NCBI GenBank assembly: GCA_951406725.2 | Contig: OX597840.1 | Coordinates: 11,222,001 to 11,286,000, forward strand | Direction of reading: 5' to 3' | Length of the DNA stretch: 64,000 nt | Origin: Octopus vulgaris | Taxonomy: Eukaryota | Part shown: one piece after another, positions 26,114-40,306 of the stretch | Numbering within the stretch: the first letter of the stretch is position 1 | Layout: every line of letters begins with the position of its first letter | The notes under the pieces: model-generated | Told to the model about the DNA's origin: nothing | Seen by the model: the letters and a program-made list of their open reading frames with translations, nothing else | Database searches by the model: none | Position numbers and translations under genes: made by a program

Positions 26114-26370
26114 CACACTCGAAACAAAAGAATTTTACTCTTCGTTGTATCAACGGAAAAACGGCTTCTTTCCTTTGATTGGTAAACTCAATAAAAAATC
26201 ACGCACAGCCGCATAAAGGGCCACCGATGTATTTACGAAAACAGAGGCACACAAGGGAAGCTGAAGCACATAGTCAACACTTATTTATCAAACACACACA
26301 CACATACGCAGAGAAGTTCATATCAGTGCTTACACCATACATACAAACATACATACATACATACATACAT

Positions 26371-26401
<31 letters not shown>

Positions 26402-26429
26402 TTCATACAAACATAAATACATATATACG

Positions 26430-26463
<34 letters not shown>

Positions 26464-26744
26464 CATACATACATGCATAATACATACATACATACATACA
26501 TACATACATACATACATACATACATGCATGCATACATACACACACACACATACATACATATATGCATGCATACATACATACATACATACATACATACACA
26601 TTCATACATACATACATACATACATACATACATACACATTCATACATACATACATACATACATACATGCATACATACATGCATACATATATTCATACATA
26701 CATACATACATACATACATACATACACATTCATACATACATACA

Positions 26745-26803
<59 letters not shown>

Positions 26804-27183
26804 ATACAGTGTGGAGGCGCAATGACCCACTGGTTAGAGCAGCGGACTCCTATGACCGCGATTTCGATTCCCAGACCGGGCGTTGTGAGTGTTTATTGAG
26901 CGAAAACACCTAAAAGCTTCACAAGGCTCCGGCAGGGGGTGGTGGCGAACCCTGCTGTATTCTTTCACCTCAACTTCATTTTATTTATTTTATTTATTTA
27001 TTTTCCGCTTCAAGTCTACAGGCCAAGGGGTCGGAGATTATTCGGGGTTCGAAAGTGTTTAAGGTGAAACTATATCAACACTAAGCCCTAAACAGGGCCC
27101 CAGTCCGTCGCAGGATTAAACCCCTAGTACCAGTGGTTCCCTTTTTCAATTAAGCATGTTGGAGATAAGTATTGGGCAATGTA

Positions 27184-27801
27184 GTGGAGGCACATGGCCT
27201 AGTGGTTAGAACAACAGACTCGCGGTCGAGGTATCGCGGGTTCGAATCTCCGACCGAGCGATGTGTGTGTTTATGAGCGAAACACCTAAGCTCTACGCGG
27301 CTCCGGCAGAAAGTGATGGCGAACTTCTGCTGACTCTTTCGCCACAACTTTCTCTCACTCTTTCCTCCTGCATCTTGCAGCTCACCTGCGACGGACCGAC
27401 GTCCCGTCCAGGTGAGGAACCTATACGCCAAGGAAACCGGGAAACCGGCCCTTATGAGCCAGGCATGGCTCGAGAAGGAACACACATGTATATATGTATG
27501 TATGTGTGAAAGCACATGGCCTAGTGGTTAGAACAACAGACTCGTGGTCGAGGGATTGCGGGTTCGAGTCTCAGACCGGGCGATGTGTGTGTTTATGAGC
27601 GAAACACCTAAGTTCCACGCGGTTCCGGCAGAAGGTAATGGCGAACCTCCACTGACTCTTTCGCCACAACTTTCTCTCACTCTTTCCTCCTGCATCTTGC
27701 AGCTCACCTGCGACGGACCGGCGTCCCGTCCAGGTGGGGAACCTATACTCCAAGGAAACCGGGAAACCGGCTCTTGTGAGCCAGGCATGGCTCGAGAAGG
27801 A
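27184..27801 (+). mobile_element. Tandem pair of tRNA-derived SINE family D
   Basis: A box tggcctagtgg, B box ggttcgaatc, tail gaaaccgggaaaccggccc..gagccaggcatggctcgagaaggaac. Third copy at 41190-41495 (-). Confidence 0.85.
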
Positions 27802-27953
27802 ACAAACAAACACATATTAATCTATGGGATTATTTATAATCGGGGGAATTAGGAGGCCAGAAATTTTGGGCTGGTGAAGTCGTAGAAATTCTCCGCCAAA
27901 CATGATCGTAAGATTGGGGTTTCGATTCCTGAAGAGGACATGTATTTTAAAAA

Positions 27954-27984
27954 CGATGATGATAATAAGGATGGTGGTGATAAC

Positions 27985-28038
<54 letters not shown>

Positions 28039-28040
28039 AA

Positions 28041-28072
<32 letters not shown>

Positions 28073-28078
28073 ATGATG

Positions 28079-28137
<59 letters not shown>

Positions 28138-28192
28138 GAAGATGATGGTGATGATGATGACGACGACGACCATGATGATGATGATGATGATT

Positions 28193-28230
<38 letters not shown>

Positions 28231-28381
28231 GAAGATGATGATGATGATGACGACGACGACGACCATGATGATGATGATAATGATGATCATGACGACGACG
28301 ACGATGAAGATGATGATAACGATGATGATGATGATGATGACGACGACGATGGTGGTGGTGGTGGGGATGATGATGGTGATG
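27954..28381. repeat. (GAT)n-based compound microsatellite
   Basis: Direct inspection; source of poly-D/poly-M/poly-I ORFs. Confidence 0.95.
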
Positions 28382-28547
28382 ACACAGAGATGATGACGTC
28401 TGTAGAACAGTCAGCTCCGCATGTTTGTAACTGGAAATTCTGAAATTCTGCGATGGCGTCGAGGAGGAATTTGTTGATGTTTTCTGCAGAGTTCTGGGTG
28501 AAGTGGGTGGGTTCGGAGGTGGGGTGCAAACGTTATCATTATCTTTC

Positions 28548-28561
28548 CTATGACGTCATAG
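28548..28561. promoter_or_regulatory. Perfect CRE (TGACGTCA) inside a 14-bp palindrome, in a unique intronic island
   Basis: ctatgacgtcatag; function untested. Confidence 0.25.
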
Positions 28562-29831
28562 TTGCACGGCCACCACCCACCCACCTACCCACATACCCCC
28601 AATACGAACTACAAAAACAACAACTACAAATACTACGGAAACAAACAGAAACGGCATCATAACTATAGACATAGTGACTGATAATATATCGGTTTCTAAT
28701 TTTGGCACAAGGCCAGCAATTTCGGCGAGTGGTGGGTGGGGAGAAGCAGGGGGTATGTCGATTATATCGACTCCCAAATGTTGAATTCGTACTTATTTAA
28801 ACGACCCCGAAAGAATTAAAAGCAAAGTCGACCTCGGCAGGGTTTGAACTCAGAACGTAAGGACGGACGGACGGAATGCTGCTAAACATTTCGCCCGGTG
28901 TGCTAACGATTCTGCCGCTCACCACCTTATATTAGCTGATGATATATCCCCAGGCAAAATGTGATATGTAGACATTATTTCAGGGGGTTATAGGCCCAGG
29001 GTAGATGTGAAATATCAGCATAGTTTTAATGGATAAGAAGCCCAGAATAGTTATGAAATGTACTCCCCATTTTTAAAATAAAAATATTTCAGTAATCAAT
29101 GTTAAATAGATATGATTTATATGTGGTTACAGATATATATACATCTTATAACTGAAACAGCTGTTAAGTAATGATCTACATTACGTAATTCTTTGTTCCT
29201 TTGTCATTTATATAATCTATATATATAGTATGAGGTTATTAGTATCGCTATGGAGGTGTGTGACCTAGTGGTGACGGTACTGGACATATGATTATAAGAT
29301 TGTGGTTTCGATTCCTGGACAGAGTGACGCGTTGTGTCCTTGAGCAAAACACTTCATTTCACGTTGCTCCCGTCCACCCAGCTGACAAAAATTAATAATC
29401 TTGCGACAGACTGGCATCCCGTCCCGGCGGGGAATATATACGTCACAGAATCCGGAAAATCGGCTCTGGTGGATCTATATAATTCGGGAAGGAACTTTAC
29501 TACTTTATATATATATATATATATAATGATGATAATGATGATGATGATAATGATGATGATGATGATGATGATAATAATGAAGATGGTAATGATGATGATG
29601 ATAATGATGATGATGATGGTGATGATGAGGAGGAGGAGAAGCAGGAACAGGAAGAGGACAGGTATTTAAAAAACGATGATAATGAGTTTATAATTCCGCT
29701 ATATATATAACGGTATTTTTTCATAGCGTTTTTTCAGATGGCCAGATAACCGAAGAGATGATGTTGTGGATTTACACTTCGGCATCCGAAACTCAGAGTT
29801 TTATCTTGACTATTGAGTAAATGTAACATAT

Positions 29832-29884
<53 letters not shown>

Positions 29885-29885
<1 letters not shown>

Positions 29886-30268
29886 TCTTACTCTCTCTTT
29901 TACTCTTTTACTTGTTTCAGTCATTTGACTGCGGCCATGCTGGAGCACCGCCTTTAGTCGAGCAAATCGACCCCGGGACTTATTCTTTGTAAGCCCAGTA
30001 CTTATTCTATCGGTCTCTTTTGCCGAACCGCTAAGTGACGGGGACATAAACGCTAGGGGGACAAATACAGACACACACACACACACACACATATATATAC
30101 ATATATACGACAGGCTTCTTTCAGTTTCCGTCTACCAAATCCACTCACAAGGCATTGGTCAGCCCGGGGCTATAGCAGAAGACACTTGCCCAAGATGCCA
30201 CGCAGTGGGACTGAACCCGGAACCATGTGGTTGGTTAGCAAGCTACTTACCACACAGCCACTCCTGCG

Positions 30269-30270
<2 letters not shown>
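29885..30270 (-). mobile_element. Full-length SINE family A
   Basis: Head at 30270; tail gtaaaagagtaaaagag at about 29885-29910. Confidence 0.85.
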
Positions 30271-30311
<41 letters not shown>

Positions 30312-30331
30312 TACTACTCTCTCTCTCTCGG

Positions 30332-30372
<41 letters not shown>

Positions 30373-30664
30373 ATGTATATGATGCATTTGTTTGTAACAG
30401 TGTGCAGGTGTGTGTGCGTGTGAATATATATATATATGTGTGTAGATGAGTACATGATGTATTTAGATGTGACTGCGTATATATGTAGATATAGTGTAAA
30501 TGTTGTATTCACTTGTCACAAAACAAAAGAACTAAAATTATTCTAAGCCGTCCGTCTCTCATTAATGACCATGGACAAAGGTCTTAGTTGTCCAACCCAA
30601 TAGAGGGTCCGATGTTCTCTCTCTCTCCCTCTCTCTGTCTCTCCCTCTGTCTCACACACACACA

Positions 30665-30743
<79 letters not shown>

Positions 30744-31775
30744 CAGGGTGTTTGATAAGATCCATGCTTGGGCAATTAAACTAAAAGTATCTATAAAAGC
30801 AAAAGCGAGGAGGTCTTTCGTTTGCCTCTGACCGAGGAGAAGGTTCCCGCCAAACCCTAGACCTATGTCAAATGATCCACCCGTCCGTCCCATTCCCTTG
30901 TGTGGAGGTACGTTGTTTAGTGTTTAGGGCGTTGGACTCATGATCGTAAGATTGCGGTTTCGATTCCTGGACCGGGCAGTGAATTGTGTTCTTGAGCAAA
31001 ACACTTCATTTCATGTTGCTCCAGTCCACTCAGCTGGCAAAAATGAGTATCGCTGCGACGGACCGGGGTCTCGTTCGGGTGGGGAACACATACGCCATGG
31101 AAATCGGGAAACCGGCCCTTATGAGTCGGTTTGACTCATATGGGCCCTCAAGAGCCATATGGACCCCGGTTGAGAACCACTAAATCAGATCCTTTTGGAA
31201 ATTGTGATAATTCATTTGTCTTTCATGCCCTTTCTCATAGCGTGAGAAGAGAGAGACAGAGAGAGAGGGGGAGAGGGAGAAAGAGAGAGGGGAAGAAAGG
31301 GTCGTCTTTAAAACCTAGTGAGGGAGGATACGGGTCCTCATTCGTATGTTTTGAATCCGTTGGTACTGGTCATTGGATATAGTTTGTCTGATGTTACTTG
31401 AATCGAATAGGTCTGATCAATTTTTTCAGTGCCCTCAAATTTAAAATCTTGAAATACTGTGCTGAAGAGGAGAAAGATCGAATGGAAATGTGATTTTGGC
31501 ATTTTTCATATCTATCTAACTCCGAAAGAAGCCCATCGTATATATGTCGGTCTTTCAAAATGTGACCTCGTGTGTACCGTTGGCAATTTTTTTTCCTCTG
31601 TCTTCCCTTCTCTGGATCTTTCCTTCTCCTATGTTTCCGACGAAGAGCTTCGCTCGAAACGTTAAACCCTCCTTCTTCCCTTCCTTCCTGAGCGTCCAAT
31701 AATACTATATTTGTTCCACGTCCTCGCGTTGTTAAGTTTTTTTTGTGCTTTCTTGTTTGGATTAACTTTATATAC

Positions 31776-31815
<40 letters not shown>

Positions 31816-32023
31816 ATGTTTGTGTATCTGTGTTTGTCCCCCCCTAGCATTGCTTGACAACCGATGCTGGTGTGATTATGTCACCGTCACTTAGCGGTTC
31901 GGCAAAAACAGACCGATAAAATAAGTACTGGGCTTACAAAGAATAAGTCCCGGGGTCGATTTGCTCGACTAAAGGCGGTGCTCCAGCATGGCCGCAGTCA
32001 AATGACTGAAACAAGTAAAAGAG

Positions 32024-32060
<37 letters not shown>

Positions 32061-32288
32061 CTGTGTCTGTGTCTGTGTTTGTCCCCCCCCCTAGCATTGC
32101 TTGACAACCGATGCTGGTGTGTTTACGTACCCGTCACTTAGCAGTTCGGCAAAAACAGACCGATAGAATAAGTACTTGGGCTTACAAAAGAATAAGTCCC
32201 GAGGTCGAGTTGCCCGATTAAAGGTGGTGCTCCAGCATGGCCGCAGTCATAATGACTGAAACAAGTAAAAAGAGTAAAGAGAGTATAT

Positions 32289-32358
<70 letters not shown>

Positions 32359-33184
32359 TTGTGTGTGTGTGTTAATCAAATGCCGAGTGAATTTCGTTGT
32401 TTTTCCTCTCTGTCTACGTTGTTTTGAGTATTTGTTGTCTGGAAGTTTCTTCTTGTAGTTGAAGAAATAGCTAGGTTCTTTGGCTGCTATTTCTAAAGTT
32501 CGGTATGTGGTGAAGCAAATTTTTTTTGCTGAACCTAATTATAGTTATATTCATAATTATAATATATATGTATGTGTGTGTGTGTGTATATATATACATC
32601 CGGTAACCCTGCTAAGTTACAGGGTTACCGGATGTAAACAAACCAGCACCCAGTTATCAAGTGCTGTTGTTGACGGTGGTGGTGGTGGTGGTGGGACATG
32701 CACAAGCACAGACACACACACACATACACGCATATATGTGTGTATATACATATACGTGTGTGTGTACGTGTGTATGTATATACTCTTTATCTTATATAAA
32801 ACTTTTAATACGTTTTGATAGTTAAATAAAAAAATATATATATAAAAATATAAAAATATAAAATTATAAACATATATAAAAATATGAAATTTTAAAAAAA
32901 TAAAAAATTAAAAAAAAAATATAAATAAAAATAAAAATAAATAATTAAATAAAATAATAAAAAAAATATAGATTTATAATTTATAAGTTTAAATTATTAA
33001 TTTGAATAATTTTTTAAAAATTTTAACTTTAATTTAAATATTTTAATTTGATTTTTATATTTTATATTTTATATTTTTTATATATTTTTTAATTAATTTT
33101 TTTATATGTATTGGCTTATGATCTTCACTGTTTGATTTGCCTAATAGTGGTTTTATCTCTAATTTAATATAATATATATATATC

Positions 33185-33778
33185 AATAATATTTCTCTAA
33201 ATGAGATATAGACAGTAACTGCTCCATAACATAAGGGACTAAAGCCATCTGAATATGGCTAGGGACAGGGCAGGGTGGTGGGGGTGTTACTGTTGCATTT
33301 AGCCCCAGGCGAACATCAACGTCGCCAGATAGGCTTGACACCATCACGGCGTCCTCTATCCCCCCACCACCCTGCCCTGTCCCTAGCCATATTCAGATGG
33401 TTTTAGTCCCTTATGTTATGGAGCAGTTACTGTCTATATCTCATTTGGAGAATTATTATTGCTGTCGAACAGATTTTCGAAATCAGCAAATGTATTTTGC
33501 TTGAAAGTCTATATATAAATATCCTGCAGAGTGGATTGTTCGTCGAGGAAGCGGCGCCTACCATACGTTGATAATAGGCAAACACCTTGAAACCTAGGTC
33601 CGTGTGTGGTTTCCGCTTCATCGGGGAATTATCTCCCTTTGCAGGATAGAGGACGCCGTGATGGTGTCAAGCCTATCTGGCGACGTTGATGTTCGCCTGG
33701 GGCTAAATGCAACAGTAACACCCCCACCACCCTGCCCTGTCCCTAGCCATATTCAGATGGCTTTAGTCCCTTATGTAA
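33185..33778 (+). mobile_element. 360-bp tandem unit preceded by an inverted partial copy (Penelope pLTR/retrozyme architecture)
   Basis: 33361-33416 is repeated at 33721-33776. 33185-33360 is the reverse complement of 33645-33720 joined to 33361-33461. Flanked by (TA)n. Confidence 0.85.
33562..33606 (+). ncRNA. Hammerhead-like motif (variant core) at the apex of a long hairpin
   Basis: catacg-TTGATAA-tagg-caaaca-cctt-GAAAC-CTAG-GTC-cgtgtg; enclosed by atcctgca..gaagcgg/ccgcttc..tgcaggat. Confidence 0.65.
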
Positions 33779-33961
33779 TATATATATATATATTATAGGC
33801 GCAGGAGTGGCTGTGTGGTAAGTAGCTTGCTAACCAACCACATGGTTCAGTCCCACTGCGTGGCACCTTGGGCGGGTGTCTTCTGCTATAGCCTCGGGCC
33901 GACCAAAGCCTTGTGAGTGGATTTGGTAGATGGAAACTGAAAGAAATCTGTCGTATATATG

Positions 33962-33994
<33 letters not shown>

Positions 33995-34219
33995 TTGTGT
34001 GTCTGTGTTTGACAACCGATGCTGGTGTGTTTACGTCCCCGTCACTTAGCGGTTCGGCAAAAAAGACCAATAGATTAAGTACTGGGCTTACAAAGAATAA
34101 GTCCCGGTGTCGATTTGCTTGACTAAAGGCGGTGCTCCAGTATGGCCGCAGTCAATGACTGAAACAAGTAAAATAAAAAAAAATAAATATATATATATGT
34201 ATATACATATATGTGTGTG

Positions 34220-34270
<51 letters not shown>

Positions 34271-34273
34271 GTA

Positions 34274-34398
<125 letters not shown>

Positions 34399-34403
34399 CG
34401 ATC

Positions 34404-34454
<51 letters not shown>

Positions 34455-34750
34455 GGATAGATTACGAAGGACGCCATCATCACCAGAAACAATTAAGCAG
34501 GTCTGATGAACTCGGTAATTCTGTGGAAACTCGGGATTTGAACTTTCGTCCTAGAGATATAAAAGATAAATGGTAATGAAGGGCTTTCAGATGGAAATGC
34601 TTCAGTATTTCACGCTTATTCTATGGGGACCCACCGTTTTTTATAAGTGACGTACACACGCTCGCACACATATATGCGTGCAGCAAACACACACACACCC
34701 AAGCCCATAGATACAGACAGACGCATACTCCCAGATAACAAAGTCACCCC

Positions 34751-34788
<38 letters not shown>

Positions 34789-35064
34789 AACACACAAACA
34801 CACATACGCCCAAACACACACCCGAACAGAAAACACCCAGACGAATACACACGTCGACTACACACACACACACGCATGCATGCACACACACACACACACA
34901 CTCACACTCACACGTTTGTACTGCACTCAGTGGCAATGTTTGTGGTTTCTAAATATGGCAGAAGGTCAGACATTTTGGCGAGAGGAAAGATGAAAATGGT
35001 CAGCGGTAATCAACTACAGTGAAAGGACCAGATGAAATTACTACTACTACTACTACTACTACTG

Positions 35065-35106
<42 letters not shown>

Positions 35107-35282
35107 GAATAGAAGAAGAAGAAGAAGAAGAAAAAGAAGAAGATGAAGAAGGAGGAGGAGGAGGAGGAGGTGAATAAGGAGGAGGAGAAGAAGAAGAAGA
35201 AGAAGAAGAAGAAGAAGAAGAAGAAGAAGAAGAAGAAGAAGAAGAAGAAGAAGAAGAAGAAGAAGAAGAAGAAGAATGACCA

Positions 35283-35771
35283 GTGTCTTGGCGGAAGAGT
35301 TATACAACCATCTGGAAAGCAAACAATCTTCTTCCAGAGAAACAAAAAGGATGCCGGAAGCCAAGGAGGGCAACAAACGACCACTTCTTAGTTGATAAAA
35401 TGATAATTAGAAATCGTAGATGCGGATTGACGGAACTGAACGTAGCATGGCTAGGTTACAAAAATAGCATACGACATGAACTGCAGATTTGGATAAGTAA
35501 AACTATGAGCATGGTTGGAATAGCAAAAAACATGGAGAAATACTTAATGAGAATATGATACACTGGAATTCTTAAGTGGTCGGAGGAAAACAAAAACTCG
35601 GAAAAGGGAACAGCAGACGTGGAATATTCCAAGGTGATATAGCTTACCTCCATTACTATTCGTATTGGCCATGACACCTCTCAGTATGATACGGCGATAA
35701 CTTAAAATTGCTTACGATTTGGGAAAAGGAAAGGGTCATTTAAATTATCTCCTTTTCGTGGATGATATAAA
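35283..35771 (+). mobile_element. Degenerate reverse transcriptase fragment, R4/Dong-like LINE
   Basis: EKQKGCRK..RATNDHFLVDKMII...LNVAWLGYK; RRGIFQGD..PLLFVLAMTPLS; LNYLLFVDDIK; multiple frameshifts. Confidence 0.8.
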
Positions 35772-36110
35772 GTGTGACTAAACTGAGTGTGACTAAACTG
35801 AGTGTGACTAAACTGAGTGTGACTAAACTGAGCGTGACTAAACTGAATGTAACTAAATTGAGTGTGACTAAAATGAGTGTGACTAAACTGAGTATGACTT
35901 AACTGAGTGTGACTAAACTGAGTGTGACTAAACTGAGTGTGACTAAACTGAGTGTGACAAAACTGAGTGTGACTAAACTGAGTGTGACTAAATTGAGTGT
36001 GACTAAACTGAGTGTGACTAAACTGAGTGTGACTAAACTGAGTGTGACTAAATTGAGCGTGACTAAATTGAGTGTGACTAAACTGAGTGTGACTAAATTG
36101 AGCGTGACAG
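35772..36110. repeat. 15-bp minisatellite (GTGTGACTAAACTGA), about 22 copies
   Basis: Direct inspection. Confidence 0.95.
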
Positions 36111-36321
36111 AATTATAGGTAAGCAACAGACGACATTTTAAGGAAAACATTCAGCTTCTCTTTGAATGACATATCGTTCAAGCAGAAACTCCGGGATATT
36201 CCCAATCTACTACAGATATCTTCCTTCAAAACGTTCTTAAAAATCCTGACCCCAAACCAAGAAGACGCTGCTAGTAGGACAACAACGATCTCCATGAAAA
36301 GAATGGTAACCTATCGATAAA

Positions 36322-36537
36322 GGGGCGGGGCTGAAAAGTTCCTGGCTTTAAAGGTAACACGAAAGAACTGGTTGGAGGCCCAACCTTCTGACTTCTTTTA
36401 CAGGGCTCACAAAAACTGAAGGACTGCTGCAGTAAGTGTGTGAATCTGAAAGGGGAATATGTTGAATAAAATCATGATTAGTTGATCCTCCTGTATTTTC
36501 TTTTACCCAAAACCAAGAACTTTTCAGCACTCCTTGC
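36322..36537. mobile_element. Mariner-derived MITE (same family as 19673-19889)
   Basis: ggggctgaaaagttcctgg...ccaagaacttttcagcactcc inverted termini. Confidence 0.7.
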
Positions 36538-36565
36538 GGGTTATTTAGAATATGGTCTCCAAAAA

Positions 36566-36962
36566 TCTTTATATATAAAAGTGAAGTTGTGTGTCTGTCT
36601 CCTACGATTTAGATTCCTAACTACTCCCACATTTTGCGGTGCAGTTTAACCAAAAGCGGGTATCTTATAGTCGTGATTCATATCGAGCCTTTCTGGGTAT
36701 TAGCGCACGTCTACGATGAATCTACGATTTTAAAAAATAATTACCATCATTTCTTTCCATTTTAATGCATTTTTTTCGCTATTATATAAGGGAAGTAACT
36801 CTCTAAAAATGTCTACGATGAGTCAACGATTTAAAAAAAAATTTACCATAATTTTTTTCACATTTTTAATGCATTTTTTGCTATTTTTGGCTATAACTCT
36901 CTAAAAATGCTTATATAGTTATTTCCCTTACAAACCCGAGCAACGCCGGGCGATACTGCTAG
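36566..36962 (+). mobile_element. Non-autonomous Helitron
   Basis: A|TCtttatatataaaag start, subterminal hairpin cccgagcaacgccggg, end CTAG|T, no TSD. Confidence 0.85.
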
Positions 36963-37112
36963 TACTATATAAGATAATTAAAAAAATAGTAATTGTTGAA
37001 CCGAAGGAGCGTTTGTCCAAATCCTACAACAGACCTGGTCCTTGTTAACATAACGGTAACAGGTGGCGCTAGAGGTAAAAAACAGTCTGCAGGGTGAGTG
37101 TTTTTCCTCCAT

Positions 37113-37171
<59 letters not shown>

Positions 37172-37387
37172 GTGTGATATATATTTGTCATATTTTGGCA
37201 CAAGGCCATCAATTACTTTCTGAGTTCAAATTCCGCCGAGGTTAACCTTGCTTTTTCATCCTTTCGTGGTCGATAAATTAAGTACAAGTTGATTACTGGG
37301 ATCGATGAAATCGATTTAGCCCCCACCCCCGCCCGCCACGAAATTGATGGCCTTGTGCCAAAATATGAAAATATATATGTCACACGG

Positions 37388-37446
37388 AAAGAAAGAAAGA
37401 AAGAAAGACAGACAGAAAGAAAGAAAGAAAAAAGAAAGAAAGAAAA

Positions 37447-37478
<32 letters not shown>

Positions 37479-37512
37479 CAGAAAGAAAGAAAGAAAGAAA
37501 GGAAGGAAGGAA

Positions 37513-37553
<41 letters not shown>

Positions 37554-37760
37554 GAAGGAAGGAAGAAAGAAAGAAAGAAAGAAAGAAGGAAAGAAGGAAG
37601 AAAGAAAGAAAGAAAGGAAGGAAGGAAGGAAGGAAGGAAGGAAGGAAGGAAGAAGGAAAGAAAGAAGAAAGAAAGAAGAAAGAAGGAAAGAAAGAAAGAA
37701 AGAAAAAGAAAGAAAGAAAGAAAGAAAGAAGGAAAGAAAGAAAGAAAGAAAGAAAGGAAG
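37388..37760. repeat. (GAAA/GGAA)n polypurine microsatellite
   Basis: Direct inspection. Confidence 0.95.
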
Positions 37761-39005
37761 AACATAGAGAATTGAGGAAAAAAAAACATCCTGTAGACTG
37801 CAACAGCCAATAAAACAGAAATAAAATTGGAAAATTTATTCTTCCTGTGCGGCCCGGAACCGGTTCGAGGGCCTGGGATTGCGGACCCCTGAGTTAAGGA
37901 ATGAGTCTAATGTTTTATTGCGGACTTGTACGACTGGAAATGATGTAACAAAACTGGAACAATTTCATTGATATACAACTATTTCTGTGAGTATATTGGT
38001 TTCTAATTTTAGCACAAAGCTAGCAACCTGGGGTGGGGGAGTCTGTCGATTACATCGACTAGAGTACGCTGGAGGTATTTATTTTTATCGACCCCGAAAG
38101 GATGAAAGACAAGGTCACCTTCAGCGGTATTTAAACTCAGAACATACGACGAACAAATATTTTGTCCAGCATTCTGACGATTCTACCCATTGGCCACCTT
38201 GTTTCTGTGAATATATTGGTTTGAAATTTCAGTTTTGGGTACTCAAATTGTATTTATTTATTTTATCGACCCCGAAAGGATGAAAAGCAAAGACGACCTC
38301 GGCGGAATTTGAACTCAGAACATAGCTACGAATATCGCTAAATATTTTGTCTAGCATTCTGACGATTCTACCCGTTCGCCATTTTGTTTCTGTGAATATA
38401 TTGGTTTGAAATTTTCAACAAAAAGCCAGCAATTTTGGGTACTCAAATGTTATTTATTTTATCGACCCCGAAAGGATGAAAGACAAAGTCAACCTCAGCT
38501 GCATTTGAACTCACAACATAACGACGAACAAAGTGCCGCTAAATATTTTGTTCAACATTCTGACGATTCTACCCGTTCGCCATTTTGTTTCTGTGAATAT
38601 ATTGGTTTGAAATTTCAACAGAAATCCAGCAATTTTGGGTACTCAAATGTTATTTATTTTATCGACCCTGACAGGATAAAAGCAAAGCCGACCTCGGCGG
38701 AATTTGAACTCAGAACATGGAGGCGGACGAATTGCCCCTAAGCATTTTGTCCGGTGCGCTAACGATTCTGCCAGCTCGCAGACTTATTTCTGTGAATATT
38801 GGCAGCTTATTTAAAGAACAAAACAGACAAATGGAGAAAAAGGTCCAGAAGGAATATTGTAAACACATCACAGTATTAATTAAAACAGAGTTAAATATTT
38901 ATAAGATATTCAGGATTAAAAACGGTAAAAGGAGAATATGAGGTTACGAAAAAATATGTGATTATGTGATTATATTACTTCTGGCTGCAAGGTCATAACC
39001 AAATG

Positions 39006-39066
<61 letters not shown>

Positions 39067-39102
39067 GTACATACATACAAAAATACATACATACATAAAT
39101 AC

Positions 39103-39306
39103 ATGCCTAGATACCAATCTTGAGAAATTAGGCTTCTCAAAACCAGAAAGGAGAAATCTGATTCGAAGACTACAGATCCAAGCCATCAATGGAACTGTAA
39201 AAATCTGTAAAACTTTCCAGAATTTTATCATTTAAATATATATGAGCATGTCTAGATATGCAACTAGACAAGCATGAGAATACATACATAAAACACACAG
39301 ACCTGT
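39103..39306 (+). mobile_element. 3' end of a LINE running into an (ACAT)n tail
   Basis: CLDTNLEKLGFSKPERRNLIRRLQIQAINGTVKICKTFQNFII* resembles RLE-LINE C-termini (LQ..A..GT..I), followed by a short UTR. Confidence 0.55.
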
Positions 39307-39429
39307 ACATACATACATACATACATACATACATACATACATACATACATACATACATACATACATACATACATACATACATACATACATACATACATAC
39401 ATACATACATACATACATACATACATACA

Positions 39430-39460
<31 letters not shown>

Positions 39461-39643
39461 CATACATACATACATACATACATTCATACATACATACATT
39501 CATACATACATACATACATACATACATACATTCATACATACATACATACATATATACATACATACATACATACATATCATACATACATACATACATACAT
39601 ACATTCATACATACATACATTCATACATACATACATACATATA

Positions 39644-39677
<34 letters not shown>

Positions 39678-40306
39678 CATACATACATACATACATATCA
39701 TACATACATACATACATACATACATACATACATTCATACATACATACATTCATACATACATACATACATACATACATACATACATACATACATACATACA
39801 TACATACATACATACATACATACATACATACATACATACATACATACATACATACATACATACATACATACATACATACATACATACATACATACATACA
39901 TACATACATACATACATACATACATACATACATACATACATACATACATACATTCATACATACATACATACATATATACATACATACATACATGCACACA
40001 TTCATACATACATACATACATACATACATACATACTTACATGCATACATACATACATACATGCACACATTCATACATACATACATACATACATACATACA
40101 TACATACATACATACATACATACATACATACATACATACATACATACATACATACATACATACATACATACATACATACATACATACATACATACATACA
40201 TACATACATACATACATTCATACATACATACATACATACATACATACATACATACATACATACATACATACATACATACATACATACATACATACATACA
40301 TACATA
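39307..40306. repeat. About 1 kb (ACAT)n microsatellite
   Basis: Direct inspection. Confidence 0.97.

Noticed and set aside
28287-28529. Minus-strand ORF as exon 1 of the ligand gene
   Set aside because: No signal peptide or TGF-beta propeptide motif in any frame; it ends in microsatellite.
27131-31181. Possible 4-kb hAT element bounded by cagtggttc / gaaccact
   Set aside because: The match is too short, with no 8-bp TSD or transposase remnant seen.
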